DNA of 64,000 bases, taken from IMG/VR virus record IMGVR_UViG_2822699256_000006; one strand, 5' to 3'. The notes beneath the pieces are model-generated. The model made no database searches, was not told the origin of the DNA, and saw nothing but the letters and a program-made list of their open reading frames with translations. Within the stretch, counting starts at the first letter, position 1, and every line of letters begins with the position of its first letter. Shown here piece after piece: positions 35,162 to 46,658 of the stretch. This stretch comes from an uncultured virus (IMG/VR IMGVR_UViG_2822699256_000006) (Duplodnaviria > Heunggongvirae > Uroviricota > Caudoviricetes). The translations under genes were made by a program, and so were the position numbers.

Positions 35162-36398
35162 AATCTTGATATCTCCTTTCGGCTTCAGCAACTCTTTCAT
35201 CTAATTCCTGCAAGCGCTGCTTTATCTCATAAATACCTAACATGCCATTAATAGAAGAATCTCTGGTTAATTGTATCATATTGTCACCGAAAGCTCTTAT
35301 CTGTCCGTTATGTATATTATTCTGCGTATTTTGCATTTCGCTTATATTTTCCGGATTTTCTCCTGTTTTCATAGAAATACTAAGATTTTTCTCACCTTTA
35401 AACCAAGACTGTATGCCAAGGTCTGCTTTTTTCTTTAAATCAGTAATAGAACGATGCAACTGTCTAATATCATATATTTGTTCTTGGTGATCATGCAATG
35501 CTTTTTCTGATTCTCTATGTCCTCTGTATCTAGCATTTCTTTTCATGATGTTAGGATACTTATATAGAGTTGGCATAGGGATTGCAGGATTCATTAAATC
35601 GACTATATCCTTTGGTGGTTCATCTATTGTTGCTGGCTTGTCTATTAAAGGTGGTACAATCGGCTCCTTAGGATCTTTAAATTTATCTTTATCTTTTATA
35701 GTTTGTACAAATAGCTTAGATGTTTTCATGCACTTATGTACTGAGTAGGAAATATCGTATGCTGTCTCACTCTCTATATTGCTCGTAACCACTAAGGATT
35801 TATTTGTTTCTTCTATTACAGTTAATTTCTTATCATATATCCACTTACCTTTTTCTGAATAGGGATGCATTGCAGAGAAAATTGCTTTCTCACCCGGTCT
35901 AATTGTGTAAGTATTTGGTGTTAACTGTATATCGCAAAGAGTTTCTACTCTTCCCATTTGTATTTCCACGAAGTCTTTTGTGTATCCAATATAAGGACTG
36001 CCTGTCCAATGTTCACTTTCGCTTAATTTATCGAATGGTAATCCGTAGAACCAGTTTCCAATTAACATATTTAGATTTTGAGAGCTTTTGCTTTTACTCT
36101 TAATAGAAATGACCCATGACTCAGAGCCATCTATAAAAGTATAGAGTGCTCCAAGCAAGCGGCCATATCTACCTGAGCCGAAGTAGGACATATTCGTAAT
36201 CCGGATAAGATTACCATCTTCTTTAGATACATCAACTTCTAATGCTTCTCCTGTAGAAAGAGATATTATTTTTTTGTTGCCTAACTGATCCCAGTTAATA
36301 ATAATCTGCTCTGCTGGTAAATCTCTTAGCATTTCGCCATCTTCATTCTGTTGAGCGTTCGCAAAGAATAACGTAAGATGTTTAGCAGTCTGGTCCAT
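35142..36398 (-). CDS. Putative virion structural protein
   Basis: Contains NARYRGHRES, similar to NAKFRGPTSS of the next gene. Confidence 0.7.
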   Translation of the reverse strand: MDQTAKHLTLFFANAQQNEDGEMLRDLPAEQIIINWDQLGNKKIISLSTGEALEVDVSKEDGNLIRITNMSYFGSGRYGRLLGALYTFIDGSESWVISIKSKSKSSQNLNMLIGNWFYGLPFDKLSESEHWTGSPYIGYTKDFVEIQMGRVETLCDIQLTPNTYTIRPGEKAIFSAMHPYSEKGKWIYDKKLTVIEETNKSLVVTSNIESETAYDISYSVHKCMKTSKLFVQTIKDKDKFKDPKEPIVPPLIDKPATIDEPPKDIVDLMNPAIPMPTLYKYPNIMKRNARYRGHRESEKALHDHQEQIYDIRQLHRSITDLKKKADLGIQSWFKGEKNLSISMKTGENPENISEMQNTQNNIHNGQIRAFGDNMIQLTRDSSINGMLGIYEIKQRLQELDERVAEAERRYQDYENAYE

Positions 36399-36407
36399 TT
36401 AATCACC

Positions 36408-38522
36408 TCATTTAGCACGTAATTGAATACTATATATTTTTGGAGTTACATAAGGTACATTTGCATCTCTACGTAAGTTTGCACGTAGAATCATCTCATT
36501 GTGCTTTTCGATATTTTTATTCGTTTCGTAAATTAACTGGAAGATACAATTCTTTGGCAAATAGTTTAAAACAACTTGTCTTTCATGAATAGCAAAATAA
36601 CTACGATTATTAGGTGATATATTATGAAATAAAGTATGCGACTCTACAAACTGCATGGATTCAAGATCACCACGAACTCTTTTTTCTTTTGCGAAATTGA
36701 ATTTACCTATAATCGTTTCAAGCGGTAGTTCTTCTCGTCTTGTATCTACTCTATCTTGCATGTCTCCCCAATGATATAAAATTTGAATCTCATTCCACCC
36801 CTTTTCAAATTTCATTGTTACTTCATCATTTACAGGTGCTAATCGTTGACGATTTACATATACAGCATAGGAGCCTAGTCGTTTTCTTGAACCAGTTCCT
36901 AACATAGACATTACAGATAAGCTTAATGGTTCATTTCTTGCTTCATCTGCAAATACACAAATACTATATCTGTAGAAGTTATCATCAAACCCGCCACCAT
37001 CTCTTCTAAGGGATAAAATGTTTCCTTTTGGTATGTAATCTACACGAATTATTTCAGGGCGATTCTGATACTGCTGATCCCAAATACTATTAAGAGGAAT
37101 TTGACCATTGAACGGGATATAGGTTCTCTCTCTTTTCCATTGATTAATCCCCCTAAATAACTTAGGGTTTTCCAGCTCATCAAACGTTTCTTGTGTTGAG
37201 CCTGTTTGCGTATTAAGAATTTGTTCTGAAATTATGCCATCGCCATTATCTTTCATAAGTCGGAACACCTGCATACCATTAATGACCTCTCTTGTTGGCT
37301 CGCATTTGCTCGTTTCGATTTGCTTAGTTTCTTTTGTATTAAGAGTTACTACCTTAGCGAATTTTGGCTGTGTATCGTCTGAAGATGACACTGGATGCCA
37401 AATTAATTCTTCCAAGCTCTTCGCAGGATCATGCAAAGCAATCTCATACTTTAGCTCTGTGTTAAAAGGAACATCCTCTTTTGTCATAATAGATACTTGC
37501 TGAATTGTATCCTTGAATGGAATCGGATTTGTATATAAAATCCCTTCACTGAGGTAGTCCTTTTTATACATACCAATCGTCTTTGCTCCAAAATAGTAAT
37601 TATAAAAGTCTCCAGATCTTTCATCATAATCACTTTTTTCAAATACAAACTTTACGCCTTGTGCATTGATTTTCTGAAAGCTCCATATTTTAATGCCGGT
37701 AATTTTATCTGTTTGCGCTTGCTGATAAATAGGAGAGAACGCTGCTCCATCATTTGTATATTCTAGTTTGATATTAATCGGCTTTCCGTGATGTGGGATA
37801 TATTCAATATAGTTCAGTTCTTCTACTTCATCAAACATGACAGTCAGTTCAGCTCGCATGACATTACTTGCACTTAACTCTTTGGTTTTAACGACATGCC
37901 ACCAAGCTGTATTAATATTATCATCAAATGCATGTGTAATGCTTTCCAATGCTTCATTCTTCTGTGATGGCTGTAGGGTTTGAAAGTATGCTTTACTAGG
38001 ATCAATAATAATTCTTTTTCCTTTTCCAATATTCTCAGACAAGGTTACTTCTTTATTCTGAATGTCTACAAATATAGTACTATTTGCTTTATTCACATCA
38101 CTAGCATTCTCAAAACTAACGACATAGCTCTCAAAATACTTATAATCACTGTTATTAGAGACTAATAGCAATTCATCTATAGACTTAGAGATATTAGCCA
38201 GCTCATGACTTAGTTTGTTTCTCTCTGTTTCTATTAAGTTAAAATCAGTCATAATTTGTGTCGTTTGATTAATAGTAGCATCATAGGCATCTGTTATATC
38301 TTGATGTATCTGTGACACATGATTATTATATTTATCAGCATCTGACTTTTCTTTTCGAAATACCTTCACTGGATTAAAGGATGGTGTTCCAGGTCTATGC
38401 TCTCGCAGCCATTGTGCAAACTGATGTGTAATAGTCTCAAAAGTAGGATATCTGCCACGAAACAGATATCCTTTTATAATTTCTTCTACTTTTCTTGTGA
38501 TTTGTATCTTTTTTATACTCAT
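36408..38522 (-). CDS. Putative virion structural protein (paralog family)
   Basis: KYNNHVSQIHQDI; AFDDNINTAW; LRRDA..VTPKIYSIQL. Confidence 0.75.
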   Translation of the reverse strand: MSIKKIQITRKVEEIIKGYLFRGRYPTFETITHQFAQWLREHRPGTPSFNPVKVFRKEKSDADKYNNHVSQIHQDITDAYDATINQTTQIMTDFNLIETERNKLSHELANISKSIDELLLVSNNSDYKYFESYVVSFENASDVNKANSTIFVDIQNKEVTLSENIGKGKRIIIDPSKAYFQTLQPSQKNEALESITHAFDDNINTAWWHVVKTKELSASNVMRAELTVMFDEVEELNYIEYIPHHGKPINIKLEYTNDGAAFSPIYQQAQTDKITGIKIWSFQKINAQGVKFVFEKSDYDERSGDFYNYYFGAKTIGMYKKDYLSEGILYTNPIPFKDTIQQVSIMTKEDVPFNTELKYEIALHDPAKSLEELIWHPVSSSDDTQPKFAKVVTLNTKETKQIETSKCEPTREVINGMQVFRLMKDNGDGIISEQILNTQTGSTQETFDELENPKLFRGINQWKRERTYIPFNGQIPLNSIWDQQYQNRPEIIRVDYIPKGNILSLRRDGGGFDDNFYRYSICVFADEARNEPLSLSVMSMLGTGSRKRLGSYAVYVNRQRLAPVNDEVTMKFEKGWNEIQILYHWGDMQDRVDTRREELPLETIIGKFNFAKEKRVRGDLESMQFVESHTLFHNISPNNRSYFAIHERQVVLNYLPKNCIFQLIYETNKNIEKHNEMILRANLRRDANVPYVTPKIYSIQLRAK

Positions 38523-38536
38523 GTAATCACCTTTTC

Positions 38537-41500
38537 TTAGTCTGGTCTTCTGCAATCTGTATAGTTTACTAAAAGATTAGTTTCTACACGATCACCATTT
38601 GTATTGTAAACAGTTGCCTTCGTTAATTGGAATGTATCCTCAGTATACGTTTCTCGTTTTGTTATTCCCCCGCCTTTTTTAAACCAAATATCAAACATCC
38701 AATCCGCAGAAGCTTCAAAATTAAGACCACCAGTTTCTTTTGTAATTGTATAAAATTCATAGTTATAATGAGTAGGATAATTTGAATTATGCCAATACTC
38801 TATACTAGTGATTATGTTATTCTCTTTTAAAGTTGGAATGATATTTTCAGGTCTACTCGACATTGGATACATATTTAGAGAAGTAAAAACAATGGCATGT
38901 TTTACTGCATCATGTCTATATTTATTGTTAAATGTAAATAACCCAAAATTAGGGTCAGTAAACTGATTCCATTCGACTGTAAATTCTTTCCTATCAAGGC
39001 CTTTGAGTCTTTCGAAAGACATTACCTTAGATAAATCTATTTCATTCACAGGAGTAAATTCTTGATAGAAAGCAGGTTTTCCATCAGAGTTTAGACCTGT
39101 AGAGATTATTGCAACTCTAGCATCCACTTTTGCATCTATTAAGTTTTGAATTAGGATTTTTACATTTTGTTTCATATTATGAAACCATAGATCTTCTAGT
39201 TTTTCATAAGTATTAATAGATAACACTATGTCAATTTTACCTATCTCATTAGCTGTGGCGTGTCCTGTTAATTTTCTAGGGAAAAGTTTATGTTTAAACA
39301 TAGGGACTCTCGGGTACACATCTTCTGTATCTTTTTCCCCTGTAAATTCATATTCCTTTTTGAATTCCCCTGATTCTACAACTAATTTTTTAATCTTATG
39401 GAAATCATCTTTCACAGAAAATTTAAAGTCACTAACAAATGAGCTGCCAAAGCAATTCTTGCCACGAGCACTCTTCTTATCGTCACTAGTACTATAAGCA
39501 CTTGCCTCCGTAAATCTAAGCGGACCTTTTGTACAGTCATTCCCTATGAATGAAAGTGAGTCAGTTTTTACTTCTCCATTTTCATCTATGACACCAAACT
39601 TAACAACTACTAGATTATTTTTACTAATTAAATTTGTATCAACAGGAATTGTTTTCGTTAAATACCTTTGATTATTGACTTTTTCTACTTCATTAAAAAT
39701 CTCTTTGCCGTTAACACTAACAACAGAAAAGACATTAACAATATTATTAACACTTTTCACATTAACTGTGATTACATGATTAGGCTGCTCAACATTATTT
39801 TCTTTATTTGCGCATAATGAATATGGAACATTTGAAAAATCAATTTTTATATTATCTGATTTTCCTTCTATATTAACATCTACAGGCGTTTCTTTTTTAC
39901 AATTAACAGCTATCAGCTTGAGTTCCTTTGTAGAACTAATACCACTTTCATTTGTTGCAGTTACACTAATTGAGAAAGTATCACCAGGATCAAGTAAAGT
40001 TGTGTCTAATGAAACATTATGAGTAAATTCTTTTTTATTTTGCAGCGTTATTACTTCAGGGTCTTTTATAAGTTTACCATTTATTTTTAAAGAACAACTA
40101 AATGACTTTATTCCTAAAGTGTCTGATATATATACGTTTAAGCTTTCAAATAGACTATCTTTAATATTAGGATTCTCTTCTTGAATTAGATATTTATTTC
40201 CACATAAATCCTTTGGAGCATCTTTAAATTGTATCTCCGGACCATTTGAAGAAATGCCAGTTTCAATAAAGTTTTGAGAAGGACATATCGATTTAATAAA
40301 ATCTTCGTCCAACCGATATACAATGACATCATCTTTCCCACCAACATAAGGTGCTTTACTGTAATCCACAGTACCATTATGGAGCCATAAAAGATTATTT
40401 ACTGATTTCAAAGCCCCTATTGAATGTTCTGGATAGCTTACTCCAGCTGACTTATATTGAATTCCTTGTGACCATCTAGTTTGTTCTACACCCGTCCTAT
40501 CTCTATAGAGTACACCTAATGCTGTTATTAGAATATTATCTTTGCCAGTGCCACTGATAATTTGAATTGCAGGGCTCTTAAAGAATTTTTCCCATCCCAC
40601 TTTTACGACGACTTCTCCGTTTTTAGTGGTAAATTTATAATTGTATGCATAAGCGGTTAAAGATATTTTCCTTACCTCAAGTTTATTCGTTACATCATTG
40701 TAATACTGAACTAAAATATGAGTTACTAGATTACATGAATAAATATTTCCAGATGGCTGATAAGTAAATGTATCAGGGTTAAAATCACTCATTGTATCAC
40801 AAGCATGATCAATCCAATCATTCTCAAAAACCGGTATTACATAACTCCCCTTTTCACCTAGACTTGGAGCGGACGAAAAGTCACCTTGGATTGTTTGAGG
40901 GAACCAATCTGCATCTTTCTTATCGCTTCCTATTAGGATTTTTTCTATATTTGAAACTTGCCCATGTGTCTTTCCTATGCCTACTGGCCAAATCACATGT
41001 GGGTCATCATAATAATCCGAATAGAGCAAACTAACAGCATGGATTTGAAAAGCTTGTTTTGATTCATCATTTCCTGCTGCTAACATTAGCACAGGGCCAC
41101 TAAATTGCTTACTCCATCCTATTGCAAGTTTTGCACCTGCCCCATTATCTAAAAATGTTAAAGGCAGCGTAGACGCTGGAATATGTACCATTTTAATCTC
41201 ATGAGAGCCATTGTCGTTATAAAGATAATAATAAAGAGTAATGTCCTCTAATTTATAGCAATCTCGAACCCTCTTTTTGCCTTCATGATTTGTATCTGGT
41301 CTACGGCAGTCTTCCACTACAAATGAAAAGCTTTTATTAATAGATAAGTTTTGAGTATCATATGCAGTTATGCTAACTGTTACAGAGTCACCTTTTTTAA
41401 CACCTAAATCAGTAAGCTTTTGATAAGGAACTTTTACGTATATGCTAGATTCATTAATTCCCATGATACTAATCGCTGGCATCTCTTGTATAGAAACTGG

Positions 41501-44140
41501 TTGTTTCTTTTTGTTTTTACAGCCACATCCTTCTTGTTCTTCGAAAGCATCTAACCATTCCCCGAAATCCTCTATTTCCATAAGATCTACCTTTGAATTA
41601 CTAGTATTCATTGCTTGTAACACCGCTTCTTCGGGTTCAAATAATATGCCGTTTATAGTATAACTAATGCTACGTATGGAGGATGAGGACTGAACACTCC
41701 CATAAAAGATAAGTTGATCATTTTCACATAGTGTTATTGGATATTTATCTAAGATAATTGACATGCCCTTTGTCTTATCCGGTTCAACTGGTTTATCTTC
41801 TTCTGGCATATTGTCACAAGTTACAACTTCAAATATGCATACATCAAATGCCATACCTTTTTGGTCGTATGCTCTTACTGAAATGGTTGTAGTTCCTTTG
41901 GGAAGCATAAGAGCTGGTATCGTAAATTCAAAATTTGACTCTGCTCCTGAAATGGATTTGGTTTCTTTTTTCTTTGGTCCAATATACAATTCAGCTTTTG
42001 ATAAACTATTGTTACTTATTGCTTTGCATTTCAATGTTAAATCTTTATCATCGCACCATTGGGTTGTCTTATTAAGAATACTAACCTTTAGATTTGATGG
42101 TTCAATAGTTTCAGTAATTGGATCATCAGGAGTTTCTTTATAAATAATATCAGGAGCTATTGTGTTAGCTTTTTTGTAGCTCTTTTCACTCTCATAACTA
42201 TTTGAAACATTGCTTATGGTTTGTAAATTAAAGTTATATCCTGTTAACAAAGGACTAGCTTGTGTAAATGAATTTGCTGCTTGAGGTGCAGAAGCATAGT
42301 CTTTAAGCATGAATCCTTCTACAGTGTAATCATTTGGTCTACGTCCTAATACTTTTAGTCGCAAGCTGTAGACAGGATATTCTGATTCTAAATAAGCATC
42401 TTTTTGTTCTAATTTTTGCTTGGAACTTTCTACAGTTCGGACTGTATATATTTTTGGTGGCTGCTCATCAGAAAGTACTTGATGCTGCAGCGGTGTTATA
42501 GGATGCCATGTAGTACCATCATCGATAGAAATAAAATATTTTAACCATTCATAAGAAAGCTCAGGATTCTCAGAGAACATTTGTGGGATATTCTGATTTA
42601 CGTTTAAAGATATCTTATCTAGTGCCTTATCAAAGAAAAACGGGAATGTAACTAATTCACCTTCTTCTTCGTATTCACATGACCAAATCTCTATATCCCT
42701 AATCCCTATGCACCATCTAAAGCCTTCAAATTTTTCTACACCCATATCTATTGTATCTAAGTCGATGCTGTTCATAAGACGATTGATTGTTTCACCAATA
42801 CTTGTTGCTTTAATATTCGTTTCACCCAATAGAGGATAATTCGCTTCTACACTACTCTCATTTACTTTTACTTCAATACCTAAATCTTCAAGAGAAATCA
42901 ATGGACCTTCTACACGAGGTGCATATTTATATTTTTTAGTAGCCATATCCATTGCATATTCAGACTTATCTTCTGATTGTGTTTTCTTCTCATAAAAGAT
43001 ATGACCTATATCTGTAATGTATTTGTGAGGTTGCTCAAATAGAATCGAGATTACTTTTGCTTTTACTGGCGCAAAATGAAACTGATATTGATTATCCTTT
43101 TTATTTTTAGGTAGAACTGACTTCGGTTGATTCTTGCCATCAGACACTAAAATGTTTTTAATAATAGCAGTCTTCGCTCCGTAGTTTGAAGGAGTATACA
43201 TATTCAAATTGATTTCGTTAATAACTTTTTCCTCTTTTAATATAATTTGCATATGTAATTTTAAACTACCGTTATCCGCATCCTCAGCCCATTGTATAGT
43301 TTGATTACCATGCACTTGGTAATTCCAACCTAGGTTCTTAGCTACACGCACCTTATCGTGCTCTCTGACATTTACTTTTTCATATTCAAACCATGTATTA
43401 GGTGAACCATCTAGCACTGCTGAATAGTCACTATGGTTGTTTTCTTCTCCTAAGAAAGTAGGAATATAGTTCTTATTTGTTAGAATATCATCCGTAACAC
43501 TATGTATTTCTGTATTGTTACCTGGAAATCCATTTGATTCAGTACCAATGATAAACTTATCCTGCTTACGATTACCAGCAATAATAGTAACGCTAGAATC
43601 TAGAGCTACATTTTCTCTACTCTTTTGAGGCAATGTTACAGCGCCATTCACTATTTCTAATGGCTTCCCTACAATACGGCTATAGTCTATCTTCTCTTTA
43701 TTTAAAAAGTCATCCCTACCGAATTTAATATCATCTTCACTTTTTTCTGCATAGATTTCTAAATCTCTCATTTTATCAAAAATGTTTTCATATTGATTAT
43801 TAAGAATTTCATGCTGTACAGTATTGTGATTGAAGTCTGTATATAGTGACTGCCCTATGATATCCATCTCTTGAAACAATAGTTCAAGATCCTGCTTAAT
43901 TTCCATCATCATTTGATTAAAATCTTCACTCCAAGGAGGACCGCCTTCTGGTGCAAATCGAGGTACCATATTTGGTTTCCCTACAGAAGTAAAGAACTCT
44001 TGAAATGAGTTAAATACAGATGCAATAAGCTTTGGCTCTGATTGAATAGAGTTATCTTCGAATTTTTGCTTTGCTCGTTCAAACATTTGGCGGGCTTGCA
44101 AATAAAGCATCTGAGAGTTATTTTTGATTGGCTTACTCAT
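38537..44140 (-). CDS. 1867-aa structural protein with Cys-bracketed Ig-like repeats and C-terminal vWA-like domain
   Basis: FNQMMMEIKQDL; VLDGSPNTWF; IDIVLSIN...ARVAII...KHAIVFT...TKETGG vWA pattern. Confidence 0.75.
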   Translation of the reverse strand: MSKPIKNNSQMLYLQARQMFERAKQKFEDNSIQSEPKLIASVFNSFQEFFTSVGKPNMVPRFAPEGGPPWSEDFNQMMMEIKQDLELLFQEMDIIGQSLYTDFNHNTVQHEILNNQYENIFDKMRDLEIYAEKSEDDIKFGRDDFLNKEKIDYSRIVGKPLEIVNGAVTLPQKSRENVALDSSVTIIAGNRKQDKFIIGTESNGFPGNNTEIHSVTDDILTNKNYIPTFLGEENNHSDYSAVLDGSPNTWFEYEKVNVREHDKVRVAKNLGWNYQVHGNQTIQWAEDADNGSLKLHMQIILKEEKVINEINLNMYTPSNYGAKTAIIKNILVSDGKNQPKSVLPKNKKDNQYQFHFAPVKAKVISILFEQPHKYITDIGHIFYEKKTQSEDKSEYAMDMATKKYKYAPRVEGPLISLEDLGIEVKVNESSVEANYPLLGETNIKATSIGETINRLMNSIDLDTIDMGVEKFEGFRWCIGIRDIEIWSCEYEEEGELVTFPFFFDKALDKISLNVNQNIPQMFSENPELSYEWLKYFISIDDGTTWHPITPLQHQVLSDEQPPKIYTVRTVESSKQKLEQKDAYLESEYPVYSLRLKVLGRRPNDYTVEGFMLKDYASAPQAANSFTQASPLLTGYNFNLQTISNVSNSYESEKSYKKANTIAPDIIYKETPDDPITETIEPSNLKVSILNKTTQWCDDKDLTLKCKAISNNSLSKAELYIGPKKKETKSISGAESNFEFTIPALMLPKGTTTISVRAYDQKGMAFDVCIFEVVTCDNMPEEDKPVEPDKTKGMSIILDKYPITLCENDQLIFYGSVQSSSSIRSISYTINGILFEPEEAVLQAMNTSNSKVDLMEIEDFGEWLDAFEEQEGCGCKNKKKQPVSIQEMPAISIMGINESSIYVKVPYQKLTDLGVKKGDSVTVSITAYDTQNLSINKSFSFVVEDCRRPDTNHEGKKRVRDCYKLEDITLYYYLYNDNGSHEIKMVHIPASTLPLTFLDNGAGAKLAIGWSKQFSGPVLMLAAGNDESKQAFQIHAVSLLYSDYYDDPHVIWPVGIGKTHGQVSNIEKILIGSDKKDADWFPQTIQGDFSSAPSLGEKGSYVIPVFENDWIDHACDTMSDFNPDTFTYQPSGNIYSCNLVTHILVQYYNDVTNKLEVRKISLTAYAYNYKFTTKNGEVVVKVGWEKFFKSPAIQIISGTGKDNILITALGVLYRDRTGVEQTRWSQGIQYKSAGVSYPEHSIGALKSVNNLLWLHNGTVDYSKAPYVGGKDDVIVYRLDEDFIKSICPSQNFIETGISSNGPEIQFKDAPKDLCGNKYLIQEENPNIKDSLFESLNVYISDTLGIKSFSCSLKINGKLIKDPEVITLQNKKEFTHNVSLDTTLLDPGDTFSISVTATNESGISSTKELKLIAVNCKKETPVDVNIEGKSDNIKIDFSNVPYSLCANKENNVEQPNHVITVNVKSVNNIVNVFSVVSVNGKEIFNEVEKVNNQRYLTKTIPVDTNLISKNNLVVVKFGVIDENGEVKTDSLSFIGNDCTKGPLRFTEASAYSTSDDKKSARGKNCFGSSFVSDFKFSVKDDFHKIKKLVVESGEFKKEYEFTGEKDTEDVYPRVPMFKHKLFPRKLTGHATANEIGKIDIVLSINTYEKLEDLWFHNMKQNVKILIQNLIDAKVDARVAIISTGLNSDGKPAFYQEFTPVNEIDLSKVMSFERLKGLDRKEFTVEWNQFTDPNFGLFTFNNKYRHDAVKHAIVFTSLNMYPMSSRPENIIPTLKENNIITSIEYWHNSNYPTHYNYEFYTITKETGGLNFEASADWMFDIWFKKGGGITKRETYTEDTFQLTKATVYNTNGDRVETNLLVNYTDCRRPD

Positions 44141-44141
44141 G

Positions 44142-46607
44142 TTAAACCTCCTGATCGTATGATTGACACTTAATACTATAACTATATAAAGCTGGCGTAA
44201 CTGATTCGTCCTCCATGCTATTTCGACGCAGGATTGCTTTTAATCTAATATCAGTTGTCACATAGTAATAATCAACAGTAATGTTTTCAATTTTTGCTCC
44301 ATCGATAGGCCTACCGAAAACAATTGTTTTTCCTATTTGTGCGAATGTTTTCCCTTCGTTTTCAGTGAGCCTTTCAGTGTCGTATGTGTTTGTAGCATGG
44401 TTTGTTATGTTTTTAAATTCTTCGCCATTTACACGAACAATGATAGGAAATTCAGGTGTTTTATTTTCATTCTGAGCATAATGATTTTCCTTTTCGTTGT
44501 ACTTAAAAAGGGAGTTTCTAAATAAATAAGGACTATGCTTCAGCTCAATTGCATTATTAAAATCGGCTGACTCAAAACTTTCTCCTGTATCGCCATTTAC
44601 ATCTATATACTGAGTTGGTGTAATGTTATTTTCGTAATCTAATACAACTACATACGCTTCATCTGCTGGTTTATAATCGACAGTATAAATACTAGATGCA
44701 GAGTAATACTTACTAAATATACCTATCTTCTTTCCATCGTTTGAAATAATGTACGTCTGCGGATCCATGGGCACTCCATTTCTCCTTAATACAACTGTTT
44801 TGTTTGATACGATTGGAAATCTAAAGCTATATTGAATTAAAGATTGCCCCTTAAATTCAGGATAATCCCCTTGTATCATATCTCCAGACAACAGTTCTCC
44901 ATACACGTACTTTTTATCATTTGGCAAAATAGGAATCCAATCCGACGCATTAGGATTTTTCTTGTATGTTATATAGTATTCTATATCTGTGATTTGAGCA
45001 GTATTTATACTCCCAAGTTCCTTTGTAATTGGATCAGATACCGCATTATCTATTTCAATATGATGATGTTTTTCAACCGTGCTTAATCCTATCTTATTTG
45101 CATTACTTGATAAGGGAAGTGGTTCAGTTACCATTATTGAATGGTTTTTGTACTTACGTCCAAAGATGGAGATATTGTATGCACCATATAAATATGAAAT
45201 CTTATTAACTGCCTTCCAACTTTTCTTTAATTCCTCATCATTATTAATAGCATTATCTTTATCCTTTGATAGTGCTTGCAACTTTAAGAGCATTGGATTT
45301 TTATAATCACCCATTCTTATAGCTTCCATTGCACGTTTAGCACTTTCTAGCACTCCACTTTCATTGACACTAAGAGCCCATTCTTTAAGCTTTTCCAAGT
45401 AAACAGACCATCCTGTAATCTCATTCTTTTTATCAAATTCCGCAATGGTTTCATTCGGATTTTTATAATCAGGTATCAATTGTTCTGAAGAGGATAATTT
45501 TCTCCATAGCTGCATGTTTTGTGCTTCATCTTTGTTGACGATAAAATTCTCACTTACATAGTTTTCTTGCCGTAGTAATATTTTAATTTTGGACACATCA
45601 ACTGATGGAAACTGAAATGTCATAAGATTTACTGACTTTTTGTTTCGTTGCATGGGGTTGATATGATTCGGAGAAATTAACTCGTACATTTTTCCATTCA
45701 TATCTTCTGTTTCATAACCATAGATGCTAACAATCTCTAATGGGTATGCACAAAATGGTTCAAAATGAATATCCGAGACAGTAGTAACGCCATTCAAAGT
45801 TATCTCTAACTCACATAACGCTCCGTCCTTAGGGACTTCTTCATAGTCATTTTTCCATAAGTCATTAATATTTTGTTTAATTGGTTGATCTACTAAAATA
45901 CTTTCTGCCCAATATGTATTTAGTGAGCCATCTATAGCTTGGTCAATTGTATGATTCGGATTTTCACTAGGATACCCTGTTCTATTTAGAACATTTATAT
46001 GAGCAAGTTTACGGCCATAGTTTGTTCTTAGCTGGTCAATGGTTTCTACTCCAGCTAACTGCAAAGCATCACCAACATTTTCAGCAAGAAATGTTGAGTC
46101 TAAATATTTATCAAAACGGTCTTTTCTTAGACTTTGTAATACTGTTTCATTGGTTTCTATATACTCTGGTGCCTTAAATTGCTCATGGATTCCATCAACG
46201 AAGCCATCAGTATTTTTCATAATTAACTTGTAGCGATTTACTTTTGTCTGTAATGCATAGACGTTTTTTCGGATACTTGCTAATAATGACTTAGATAACA
46301 ATTTGTTATCAGCAATAAGCCTATCGATGGTTGAAGAAGCTTCAAATAATGTAGCTAAGTCAAATGCGATTTCGTCCATATTTGCGTTATATGCTTTTGA
46401 ATTTGTTTGCTTAGACTGTGTCCTTGTCTTGAAAGTAGGACCATTACTTTTTCCATCAAGCTCTGATAATAACTTTTCAAGTTCAGCCTGTAATTCATAA
46501 TTTGTTTTGATCTTACCTTCTTTTTGCTGAAGCTCTAATAACTCAATTAGTTTTTTTCGTTGAGTAGTAGGCATAGTAATTAAAAAATCATCTAGAAACT
46601 TACTCAT
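44142..46607 (-). CDS. Putative virion structural protein (paralog family)
   Basis: YNANMDEIAFDL; AIDGSLNTYW; ILRRN..SVTPALYSY. Confidence 0.75.
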   Translation of the reverse strand: MSKFLDDFLITMPTTQRKKLIELLELQQKEGKIKTNYELQAELEKLLSELDGKSNGPTFKTRTQSKQTNSKAYNANMDEIAFDLATLFEASSTIDRLIADNKLLSKSLLASIRKNVYALQTKVNRYKLIMKNTDGFVDGIHEQFKAPEYIETNETVLQSLRKDRFDKYLDSTFLAENVGDALQLAGVETIDQLRTNYGRKLAHINVLNRTGYPSENPNHTIDQAIDGSLNTYWAESILVDQPIKQNINDLWKNDYEEVPKDGALCELEITLNGVTTVSDIHFEPFCAYPLEIVSIYGYETEDMNGKMYELISPNHINPMQRNKKSVNLMTFQFPSVDVSKIKILLRQENYVSENFIVNKDEAQNMQLWRKLSSSEQLIPDYKNPNETIAEFDKKNEITGWSVYLEKLKEWALSVNESGVLESAKRAMEAIRMGDYKNPMLLKLQALSKDKDNAINNDEELKKSWKAVNKISYLYGAYNISIFGRKYKNHSIMVTEPLPLSSNANKIGLSTVEKHHHIEIDNAVSDPITKELGSINTAQITDIEYYITYKKNPNASDWIPILPNDKKYVYGELLSGDMIQGDYPEFKGQSLIQYSFRFPIVSNKTVVLRRNGVPMDPQTYIISNDGKKIGIFSKYYSASSIYTVDYKPADEAYVVVLDYENNITPTQYIDVNGDTGESFESADFNNAIELKHSPYLFRNSLFKYNEKENHYAQNENKTPEFPIIVRVNGEEFKNITNHATNTYDTERLTENEGKTFAQIGKTIVFGRPIDGAKIENITVDYYYVTTDIRLKAILRRNSMEDESVTPALYSYSIKCQSYDQEV

Positions 46608-46658
46608 ATACTACATCCCTTCTTTAGTTTATAAAGTAAACAAGACAGCCGAAGCTGT

